A stretch of DNA of 64,000 nucleotides from the NCBI GenBank assembly GCA_024704765.1, contig JAKMXF010000335.1:208141-272140 (forward strand). Direction: 5' to 3'. Made by a program: the position numbers and the translations under genes. How positions within the stretch are numbered: the first letter of the stretch is position 1; each line of letters starts with the position of its first letter. Of this stretch, positions 1-12,200 are shown one piece after another. A model generated the notes under the pieces. It saw nothing but the letters and a program-made list of their open reading frames with translations, ran no database searches and was not told the DNA's origin. The stretch is from Oopsacas minuta (Eukaryota > Animalia > Porifera).

Positions 1-3000
1 TACCTTTTGCTATAGGTTTTTCCAATATCTTTGGCCAGGCAGTTTAATTTCCCAACAATTATGGATATTACAAAAGAGAGTGGGTATTTGAAAGTGTTTA
101 CATATGAAACCAAACTGTAAATATCATACTCCAGCTAAATATTTATGATTTAAAATGTTCTCTTAATCGAGGCCAGCCTTTTCGCCGGCACTTCGAAGTA
201 CTGATTCAGACAAAAATGAGATTTCGAGTTTTCAGGAACTCCGCTTTAGTGGGACAAACTTGCTGAACCGAATATTTAAGCAGATTTCTGTGAATATATC
301 TGCGAAACATTTTCCATAACCAGATTTCATTTTCAAGCTAAAAGTTCAGAACAGCAGTACTACACTACTACCTCTATTTGTTAATTAACAATTGTAACAA
401 TTATTCTATGCAAAGTTCGAACCTAAAAAATGAAATTTATTAATTATCTTCCGAATTCTTAAATTCTTTTACATTCAGACTTTACAGCTGTAGGATTTTT
501 ATAATTAACCATAAATTAGTTTCACTTCTAGAACATCTTATTCAAAATTATGTGACCATCTGCAACGCCAGTTTAAGGGTTTAAATGATAAATAGCTAAA
601 AGCCTTAATAATCGCACTCTATTGAAATGTCAGTGTTGTATGATAATGAGGATTCAGTAGATGTAATGTAGTGAGTAAATATCAGTAATCAGACTTGATT
701 GATTCTTGAATTAGAAACATATTTGATTGTCTTCTTATTTGTGATTATACAATATTTGAGTTTGAACATGCTCCAACGGTCAACTTTCGTTTTATTGAAG
801 CTCAAGGGACCGCGATAATTACTTCGAAATAATAACTGGTATAACTTATGATACTTTGACGTTTTGGAACCATATTTGTACAATTTCAAACTTCGATATA
901 TGTGAGCATTTCAATGTAACGAGAGTTAGGCTGTATTTTGTGAAAATACCAAACATTAGAAACTTCAATTAAACAAAATTGGTGAATATTTCATTGATTT
1001 TAAGCAATTTTTGGTTAAAATGTAATTAAAGCATGAATACTTCAAACATATAATAATTGTGGAATTAATAATTTTCCTACATCCGTTCTTCTGCAAAATT
1101 ATATTTATGAATATAAACAAAAATTTGGGTGTTTTTATATTAAAAACCGAATTTTGATTCGTGGGAGCGAAGATTCTAATAATTATTAAATTTACATTAA
1201 TTATCCCAAAATTAATTGATTTTTGAATAAAATGTGGTGAATTTTGTAATTAAAATTTTATTTAAAATAGAGTTTAATGAAAATTCTATTCGGTTAGTGG
1301 TGATAGGAATTGACACGCATTACAATCAATTTTGAGTAATTTTTGTAAGGAATTTGATACCTCGAAAAACTTCCAAATTCTTGAATAATTGATGTAATAA
1401 TTTCTAGAAATGTATAATAAGTTTGTTGACCCAATTAATTATATTTTCACACCTCATTCAAATGAAGGATGTCATTCAAATTGAGGAATAATCAAGCAAA
1501 CACTTTTATTGAGAATGACAACCATTATCTAGCATTTGTTCTTGAATTACACTGAATATATATTACTCCAAATTTGAGGATTACCTTTCTATTCAAATTT
1601 TAATCTGTGAAACAACAAATTAACATTTCACTCTATTGCAATTGAGAATGAACGGTTTACATTTCAATGTCTTGTTGACATCTCCATTGTATTTTGATAG
1701 TATTATCTCAAATATTAATTAGAAAATCTCTTATTTCATCCGAGTTAATTTTGGAATAATATTTCCAGGCAGTTTGTCAAATTATGCGGTTTGTTCTGAT
1801 TAAGTTTTGTGGAGTTTCTTATGTAAATTTTGGGAAACTTGTATTGAATAATCGGTAGCATTAGCAAAACCTAAGAAATTTTATTCTCGTTAATATTAGC
1901 AACTTAATAGGAAGTAATTTTGGCCTCAGATATCTTATTATTTACTTTAAAGATATTTCCAATTTAGATTCCCCTTTCATCTCTGGATTTTCTGATATAA
2001 TCAATAAACACAAAACCATATTAAGCATGATACATCTAAATGCATAGAACACGGGTTTAATTGGTTTGTATCGAAAAATGTTAAAACTCCAAAAAAGCGG
2101 GAATCTGATTTCGAAATTCCTTTGTTTTTGGCTTTCTCATTTCTATAAAATTTATAATTTTCATGATTTCGAAATAACAATTTACTTTAGTGTATTAAGA
2201 TGTGTATAAGAGACTTATATTATGAAAAATCACTGGAAGTTAATCGCGAAATAATAAGGAAGTAAAATGAGGGATTTATGTAAGTGATTTTCATTTGGAA
2301 AATAGGGCTAGAGTCGCTTATTATGAACATCAAGATACCAAAATTCTCGTCCATATAAGCGAACATATTTAACACAAAAGCTAAGGGGGAAACGTCTAGA
2401 TATCACCTACTCGGTTTCGAGTTTTCAAGCCTTTTCTATAAGTAATCATTGCATATTATTCGGCTATTGGCTAATGACAGTCACAGTAGTGCTTTTTGGC
2501 TACTCTGATTTTTAAATCAGATTGACACTCTCTAAAACTGACATAATTAATCTCTCATATTTTGTGTTTCCTGTCCACATGCTTGTGCATATTATGCAAA
2601 CTTTCCAAATTTAAGAATATTGAATCAGTAATTTTACTAAACCTGCAATTCATGCAAATTCCTCAAAATTTCTGAGAATTTTATTCCCCACAATTTCAAC
2701 TTAACCACTTATGAATATTCCTATTATCTTAGTCACAGAAGTTAAATGATAGCAAAATACCCTTTCGGTGCCATCTTTGCATGGTCAAGTTAAAAATATT
2801 TTCCCAAATTACAAAAGGAACAATGGAAAGAGGATACTCAAGCCATTGAGACTGGTACAAAAATGCTCTCAGATGGCTTGTTTAATTAATTTACATTTTG
2901 GGTTAATACACATGACAATACAAAAATTCTCCAACAGATGCATAAGTAAAACTAAAATTATGTGATTAAATAAAATTATTCAAGTTGAGCCCATTCTGTG

Positions 3001-3374
3001 GAATTTTCGTAGGAATTTAAGGGTATGCCTTTTGGGAATTCAAATTGTAAGTGTGGGTGGGATGAGAAATGATAGAGAGTTTGGTAATTCACTTTTTGCA
3101 GGAGTTATTTCCTATATGAATGTGTAGGAATAATTTTTTAACATATTAATACATTCTTCAGGAAAAGTATCTTACAGGATAAATAGCATTATTGATTTTA
3201 GGAAATTATTATTTTGACTATATAAGGTAAAGAGACGCAAGGTGAATATGACATGAAAATGTGTTAACTAAATTGGAATACTAGTCCTTCGGGAGTGTGA
3301 AATATGTTGCCCTGAGGCAAACATGAAAATTGGCAGTGAGAGGTCACAAATTTATATTTGAAGAAATTTTATAG

Positions 3375-6300
3375 GAAAATTACAAAGGCCAAACTCATAC
3401 ACACCAGAACAACGGAATTTACTCTTAAAATACTTTGATGACTACAAAATGAACTCCACACATAGAAAGAACATGCAATTGATTGAACAATGCGCACAAG
3501 AGCTTACAATCCCCGTACCTAAAGTCAAGGTAAGAATTACAAAGTTAGTTCATATTCACAAAAGTGTATTTTAAATGTAATTACACCTCTAGAATTGGAT
3601 CGGAGCTGAAGCTGTGAGGAGAAAGAAGAAACTCGGTTTATTGCCAAAAGCTAAAATGTATCAACCAAGTATGCATGCGCCTCAAATCAACAATGTAAGT
3701 CATGTTTAATGTACTTTTGCTATGGAAGACAAATCTCTAATTTGACAGGTCTTTATATGATTATATTCCTCTATAGATTGTCTTAACACCTAATAAAACG
3801 ATGAAACGACAGAGATCAACTCCTATCTCTAAGCCTATCCCTCAGGCTGGTTACCAATTAGTATACGCTGCATCTGAAAAACAGATTACAGAAGCGAACG
3901 GACATGGTAAGTGCAGGGGTGAAAAATTTCGTAAGGAAAGACAACAGCCAAAATTCAAGAGTCCACAATGAAATCCAAAATTTGCTTTCTTATTTTATTT
4001 CCCTGCCATCAAACAATGATTCCAGACAATCTCCTGCTTGTCACGTTCTTGCAACTGTCCAGATTTTGAACGTCTGCTATTATTGTAACAATTTATAGAT
4101 TACAGTAAATTTGCAATGAAGCAATACTCGACAGCTGATATGATAAAACCAATACCAAATACAGTTTTCGCGAAAACAATCCCACATGGCGTGAATCCAG
4201 CAATTGGGCAATTCGAGATGGGACTGGAAGAAACGAATGTACTTACGCCTCAAACAGTGATAAAACAAACTCAACGTCTCGTGAACTACCAACTTGATGT
4301 TGACGACCCACAACAAATGCTGACTGCAATCCAAGAATTGGTGAGTTGTGATCATATGGTATTTATATTCCATGAATTATCTTATTCATAGCAATTTCTC
4401 TCGGTTTTCAAGTAGGTACTAGTATTACCATAATCGACTGTAAATAATTCTTAGGACAAGTTTATATATGTGATTAGTAATATATGGAAATTCACGAGAA
4501 TTTGTGAAAATAGATCGAGACGATATTGCAAGCTTCAAAAATAGTTTTTACAGTGTGAAACCAGAAAACTCTAATAATAAATTCAACTATCATACAGTCA
4601 GCAGCATCAATTGGAGGCTATATGCTAATTTTTAAATGTAAATTCTAGGAAATTTAATCCTAATACTATAGAAGACATTAACAGTAACAGAATTCTGAGA
4701 ATATTGTAATATGATTATCATCTGAATCAAATATGGTTAAAATAGAGTCAATATGATAATAATCGCTGGGAATGGTTTTATCCGCGATCTCGTTTTACCA
4801 GATGTTGTGAAATGTTAAATTGTAACTTTTTGTGCCATGGTTCGAGCACATGACCTACATACATGGGTATTGATTCTATTAAAATGTGTTCCTGTGTATC
4901 ACCGCATGCATAGCGAGATATATACAATGGAAATGGTTGTCATTCTTATTATTTATTTGTAGCCACTTTAAAATTGATCATTTAAATGCTAAAGTGGGTT
5001 GAGTAACAATAATTGTTTGATTGAGCGCTACAGAATGGAGATAATTGTAACTAGCATTATTTTGGGGGGAATTAGAGGTTGATTTGTGTACTAGAACGAA
5101 CTTAAACATACAATTTACATCTTATTTCCATTCAAAAGAGGTTTTTGAATAGAAATTGCTTACTAGACCCGAACATATGTCAATACAATTGGATATATCT
5201 CTCAGCATGAATAGAAGCAATTACTTTTCAAAACTGAATTATTCAATTTGTGCTTTCTAAGCTCCAACAGTTATACATATAAGGATTTATTGCATTTTTT
5301 CCTCTTAAATATATCAGTTACCAAGAGCTGAGTCCAATTATAAGCCTTCTGACTATGTTTTCGTATCGCTAATGTTATTAGGGGAGTAACCGCCATAAAC
5401 GGAGTGACATGGACGCTGAAAAATGCTACCACGTTTCACCGTTCGTGGAGATTCATTTGTGCGGGGTGTGATGCAAACTGAAGTATGTAACCTTTGAAAA
5501 GTTGTCTCTTTGGATGATGCTAATTTCTGCAATAATAAATTCGATAAATTCACCTATAAATTCTAAATTTAGTATCAATATTTGGAACAACAAGGATTTG
5601 AGGGCTACGGAGTACTTGTAAACACAAAACAAATACAAACTCATCTTGTATCAACACACAAAGGACTTTCCTATCATCAGAGTCAAGTTAGAGCTGGAAA
5701 ACCTTTAGAGAACCCATTCATGGGATATATATTCTCAGAAAATGGTGAGTTTCAGTTCCATTTTGAAGTCTGTTCGTAATTGGCACTTAAAACACTAGTA
5801 ATCATATTTGATTATGTGTCTAATAACCTTAGCCAAATTACTTACTTTAAATCATATTTTGTGGGCTTACAATGGAAAAATTATTGTAATTTCGACCACT
5901 GAAATAAACTGCAGCATAACTTCGAACATTTGTTAGCAGAAACCGCTAAATACTTATGGATCTTCAATTGGTCGCCAATAATTAAGACTTTAGACTTTCA
6001 AATCCAAAATGTGTAATTAGCATTTAAAACATTTTATCTCCCAGATTTGAGGGTTATTGAAATTTGATTGAATATACATTCTACTAAACTTTCTCAGAAA
6101 AATAGTTGTTAATTATTAGAAATACATCACAAGATCTAATATTGTCATATATTTGTTATTTTTATTTTTGTTTATTTTTAGAATCTACTGATAAACCTGC
6201 AACACCAGTAACCTCTCCAGATAATTCCGTAGAAATGAATCTTAGACGAAAAGTTGAAATCGAATTCGCACTCAAATACAGTAAGTAACCTCGACACATA

Positions 6301-6959
6301 TACAGAATGTCCTTATTAAATGTTGGAAATTCTGCATAGAAATAATGAAACTGAATTTACATGCCAAAATGACATATTTTCACAGCTGTTGCCTATTAGC
6401 TTTTGTCTATAGCAAAATCATAACTATTTACATACAAAAATGAACTGTATGCCCATCAAATAATAAACATGGATTTTGTATAGTACATAGTTCGCATAAT
6501 AGTAAATTCGCGTATTTCAAGGAAAACTCAAGCAAAATACAATTTGCCAATAGGCGAACTCCACTGTATACATCTTTGGCCCAATATCTTTGAATTTTTT
6601 CTTGCTCGTAAATAACCTTCAAACCATGCTATACGCTATAATTATAAATATTTTTTATAGAACAATGCACTGGTAAAACCGATATACCATACGATAACCT
6701 ATCAGAGATGGACATAATGATAGCTGGTATGCCAAGTAACATAGAATTCAATGCACCTCATCTTTACAACAAATATCAACTCGAACAACTTGCACAAGCC
6801 TTACCACAGATTTTCTTTCTCAGACCACAAGACACCCATGAAGAGACTGTTATAAAAACTGAACCAGATTCGATCAGTTCCTATAATTACATCCAAACCG
6901 TTCCAACTGCGCTGCTCCCAAACGGACACATAATTCAACCGACATTATTAAAGCTTTAG
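3375..6959 (+). CDS. Atypical (HDX-like) homeodomain + TFII-I N-terminal-like domain + one GTF2I-like I-repeat; 5' exon not identified
   Basis: Exons 3375-3529, 3593-3694, 3777-3906, 4099-4340, 5573-5744, 6182-6280, 6661-6959; all GT-AG, phases consistent, about 398 aa to TAG. Translation includes SYTPEQRNLLLKYFDDYKMNSTHRKNMQLIEQCAQELTIPVPKVK|NWIGAE, MLTAIQELYQYLEQQGFEGYGVLVNTKQIQTHLVSTHKG and LRRKVEIEFALKYKQCTGKTDIPYDNLSEMDIMIAGMPSNIEFNAPHLYNKYQLEQL. Confidence 0.8.
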
Positions 6960-7337
6960 TAGAATAATAATAGGTAAAATTTTGAACACACACATCGCGC
7001 AATCGAGTATGCATTCCACATGAATCACTTTAACAATAGTGTGTTAGTCATTAAAGCGCAGATAATGATCTCCTCTCTTCTCTCCTTTTCTCCTATAACT
7101 TTTGTAGATAGTTACAGTAGTTATTTTAGACTCTACGTAGCATGCTGCATATTTTAACTTTATTTCTTACTATGCAACTCTATGCAGACATCTCATGTAA
7201 TATTGTATACATATTGGTATTGATAATGGATACTAATAAATTTTATATCAACACCTGCTTACTTTATTTATATTGGGGAGGAGGTAACTGAGATATCAAT
7301 TGGGGTATTTGACTGATTATTCGCCATTGCCTTAGAG

Positions 7338-7476
7338 CAGAGGTTCCCAACTTGGGGTCTATGGACCATTTTGTGGTTCACAGGTGCAGGTGACGGTAGG
7401 GGGTCCACAGGATCAATTGTAGTCATATGGGAGGGGTCTACTTGTTATCCACGAGTGAAAAAGATTGGGAACTCTG
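7338..7476. mobile_element. hAT (Charlie-like) MITE
   Basis: TIR CAGAGGTTCCCAAC / GATTGGGAACTCTG; 8-bp TSD ccttagag / cattagag (7/8). Related partial copies near 7778-7895, 17369-17480, 17800-17885, 27180-27236, 35005-35145, 36160-36245, 47895-48000, 51825-51900. Confidence 0.8.
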
Positions 7477-9249
7477 CATTAGAGAAACATCAAAGATATT
7501 TTTAATATAGAATAGAAATACGTATATTACAAACAATGGATATCAGCAAAGAATTTAATTCAAGGCTTAAGTAGTAAACAGTGTTCCTACAGGATTCTTT
7601 AATAACTCTCAAATTTTGTGTGAGTGCCGTCTTTGCCACATACGTATAATGTATTAATCCCGAAATACAAATTTGTTCATTTTGCTCCGATTTCTGCAAT
7701 ATAATCCCATCGCTGTTATGCAATAATGCGTATACTGTAATTCTTGTTTGGCAAGTAATAATTATGTTAAACTAGATTAGCGGTTCCCAACCTTAGATCC
7801 ATGGCCCCTTTGGTGGTCCACAGAATCTATAGCAGTATATGGGAGGGGGTTCAACAGAATGTGTTAAAATTGGTATAGGGGTCCACTGGTGAACTAGACC
7901 TACAATATCTGGTTTATAACTTCCTACCAGTTATGGTTTAAACTCTTTTTAAGGCTTTAGTCGAATCACATTTTTCTACACATTTTCAGCTCGTAAGGAG
8001 CAGTTCAAACATTATATAACACTACCAAGGGGAGGAGATGGTAAACAAAATGTGACAGTCACGTCAAATATGTATGACACAAAGGAATAAGCATTTTCCG
8101 GGATTTTGTGTAACATACCGTTTTAACGGCCACTAAATATCCTGCCTGCTCTCTCACTAATTTTGTTTAATTAAAAATCAATGATTTTCCCTATATTAAG
8201 CTAAAAACTATAATATTTGGGTAAAGCAATGATGTGAATTGAAAACTGATAAAGCCAGCTAACTTGAATTTTTTTTGACATCAATGATTATTATAATTAA
8301 GTGGAATGGATGATATTACAGGCTTCACTTGGAAATAATTATGCATGACTTTATGAAAATGAATAATGCACATGCAATATTAGATGCTATGCGAATAAAC
8401 GCACTGATTAGTTGTCAAATGGAAAAGAAAATACATTCAATGTTGAAATTAGTATTGTTTACCTAGCAAAGTATTCTTACCTTGAGAGTAAGCTAGTGTA
8501 GACAACAACACTGTTATCATAAATATTATTAATGTTGTATCAAATTTTGACAGTAATCGTAATGTGTTTTCTAATTACTGACTTAATAGAGTAAGTCGGC
8601 AAACAAAAATGATAACAATACAGCTTTTTAAATATAACTAATCATCGTATTTACAGCTGTAGATGATCTATATTATTTTTTATATCACATATAATCTACT
8701 TCCTATATTGTTTGTGGATTTGTATATTGAAATTCAAATGTTTCCTCACATGTAGTTTTGGTCAAGAGGACTTAACCCAAACTAGGGGGTGCAAGCCCTC
8801 TTCCCCCTGCAGTGGCCTGCACCCACCGGGCCAGAGCCTATGTTCAGGGCAGTGGACCTTATTAAATAATGGTATTACAATACATGTTTTCGCCTAAAGT
8901 GCAATTATTGTTCAATTCGTTTGTGAAATTGTAAATTAGTAAGATAATAAGCAATATGGACACAAAAGGTAAAATTGAGTCCATACTTGACTTGTAAATA
9001 TAAATCATGTGGTAACCATGGGATACTAAGTAATATACAAACGAATTAATAGTGACATAACTATTACAAATTTACTAGAAATTTCCATCAGTTTCGATAT
9101 ACAGGTTAATATTCAAAGAATATAATTTGGCATTTTATTAAAAAGTGAAAATGCTACGCTATTGATGAACTTGAAAGTGTAACCAAAATTGATTATAAAT
9201 AGATAGAAATATGAAAATTCAAATATAAACATCGAGAATAATCAGAGAG

Positions 9250-12200
9250 ATGAGCAAGATAATTTTGAAGGAAGGTTTTGTCAAAGTTCTAAGCGGAGAG
9301 AAAAATATATTCACCGTTGGGAGTATCAAACTCGGAAAGAAGGTAAGTATTTACAAAATTGTTAATTAACCGAATACGGCGGGGAAATGTGTGATTTTAT
9401 GACGTCAAAAGGTGCTAAGTCTCGTTTTTGGTGCGGGAATTGGTTAAAACAAAGTGCTAATTTAGTGTTCCCTTTCATTACGAACATAAAACTTCCGCAG
9501 CGATCGGTAAATTGAATTTATATTAAAATTTCTTACCTAATATCAGAAAACTTGAAATATTTAGTTCGTCCCTTTCAAATTCATATTCTAGGCACACAAA
9601 TCATTTGTATTTTCGCCTCCCAGATTCAATGTATTTTAACGATATTATTTTAAACGTAAAATTGGCAATACCCCTGTATCTCAGATATTTAATTTGAATC
9701 TGTCTTATATAAGACGTTACGGCATTAATAGCTACATATATGGTCGTGTTATAGAATTATCCACACGAATTGTTCATTTGAAGCAACATTATTCCTAGAA
9801 AATGAAATTCAAGGGTAGACAATTTATGAAAGTGGGAAGACTTCTGTTTCAATTAGAGCTTAGGAGTATTAAGCCCTTCAAATTGCTAAAACTGGATAGA
9901 CTTAAGCCATTTGCTTTGAAAGGTCATAGCATCCCTAATCTGGGATATATAGCATCCATTTGATAACTATAAATTGCTTATAACTTAGTTACTTAAATGA
10001 TAGATTGGAATGTTTATTGATTCTATGTAATAGAATAGTAAATGGAATATTAATTTGAAGATAGCTTGTGCATAATCATAGGTTGTTAGAATTGGATAAT
10101 TATATGATAAATAATGAATTAATACTCTCGGAATATTGAAAGTTCATTGAAAGAGAATAATCCGTAATAGTTCCAATTCAAACGAAATTGTAAGTGAAAG
10201 TAACAAGAAATGAAAATGAATGTTGCAATTTCTTGTCATTAGAAAATTATTTTAGAAATATAAAATTAGCAGAAATGATACATATTTATTACTTAAGGAA
10301 ATCTACAATGCAATAATTTCTACGAATTTATATCTGTGAGTCATATGGTGCAGTGAACTATAACGACAACACGTATGTAGCGACGATCTAAATTCTATTA
10401 TTCACTATCCACTTTGGACATTCCTTTCGTTGCAATTTAGCCTTCTAGCTGTATATGTATATTTTAAATATGGAAGGAAAATTATAGAGTAAATTCATGA
10501 AGGCGAAAAAGCAAATTCAGCCACACTAAATTATTTCAGTGTGTCTGTAATTATAAATATGATCTGATAATTCGTAATCATTACATATGTTAGCACATTA
10601 GCCTGATATTAGGACAAATGTATTTACAGATCAGCAACATCTCATCAAGTATAGCAAAATATTGGCAAAAGGACATTTTTTCATAACAAACATGCTACAA
10701 GCCTAGAATTATATCGAGCTTCACAGATATACGTTTAATGACACATTATAGTTACTACTATCATTTTCTGTAAATGTTTGTTTTGATAGAAAATAGACAG
10801 TAAATAAGCCAGTACATCAAACCAAAAGTTGTATTTTACGCTGTGATATAAATACTTGGAAGTTCCCGAATTCGAGTACAGTGGGTCCTCTCTTATTGTC
10901 CGCTTCGAACTTCATTGACCCACGGTATTTGCATACTTGCCAACCCCCTAGGATCTTTGGTTTATCCCGGGATTCTGCAAGAAATCCAGTGAGGAATTTG
11001 AGAATCCATGTCCAATAGAACATAAGTTCGTCAAATATATTCATAGAATAGATCGATTAAACTCAAAATACGAATAAATAACTTGTAAATACCAGTACGG
11101 AGAGTATCGGGCATTGTTCAACCACATGTTAGCTAATCGTTACCAAAATACATGAATAATTATGATACCATTATATAGAGAGTGCTGAGTTGTACCCACA
11201 GTGAGAGAATATATTAGTTATATCTAACTGCTGATGTAAATATTGCAGGCTGTATGATGTAATGTACAAATTACATATGGCCAGAGCCATAATTATATTG
11301 TTAATGAGGTTTATTTCATTTGCTCTAATTTGGAGTGAATACCAATACTTCATTATTCATTCACTATTCACCATGTAATGACATGCAAATACAAATGAGT
11401 ATAATTATTAACGAAGGTGTTAGGCTATAAGGAATGCTAGTTATTCGGATGGAGAATATATGTCAAAATAACCCTAGACTCAAACGTGACCGTACTAGCT
11501 CTGCCGGTTTGAAATAATAACATATTTAAATGTAAATATTTGTTTTGCTATAGACAAAATGGAATAAACAGTACTTAAAGCTAGCTCAAGATGAAAAAGA
11601 CAAGAGATTACAAATATGGATATTCGACACACCGAACGGTGAATATAAAGACATTCCCAAATCCATTTTCAGCTTAGATTCTAATACACAAGCCACACAG
11701 ATGGCTGTAACATATAACGAGCAATTTTGTTGCATTATTTCAAGCTCTAAAGAAACGCTAACAATTTCCTGTGATTATTATGGTGAACTGCTAGACTGGA
11801 TCTCATATATTAAAAGGAATGTAAGCGCATTCAGTCGAGGGAGATTGCCAGCGATACCGAAAGACGAAGATATTAGGAAGGAGTGGACGAGAGGTGTGTC
11901 AGACCCAGGAGTAAATAGGGGAATGAAGGAGAATAAGACGGATAGTGTGACTAATTTGAGGAAGCAGAATTATGAGTGTCCAGTGAGAGTAACATCCACA
12001 TTTGAGATTGAAAATAATCATATTTATGGAGGTGAGTTGAGCTCAAAAATACACATAATTATAGAAAAATATATAGAGTTAACTCTGATAGGAAATTGTT
12101 TGTATGGTTCTGCTTCTTGCCAAGTGCATATGCATACTTGCCAACCCCTTATACATTTCTCTACATTTCCAAGTTCAACAACCATAAATTGCAATTCCAG

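Noticed and set aside
689-889. Short ORFs such as 689-889, 19848-20057, 22487-22708, 24760-24951, 47870-48091 and 51820-52026
   Set aside because: They overlap MITE copies; no transposase or other recognisable protein motifs.
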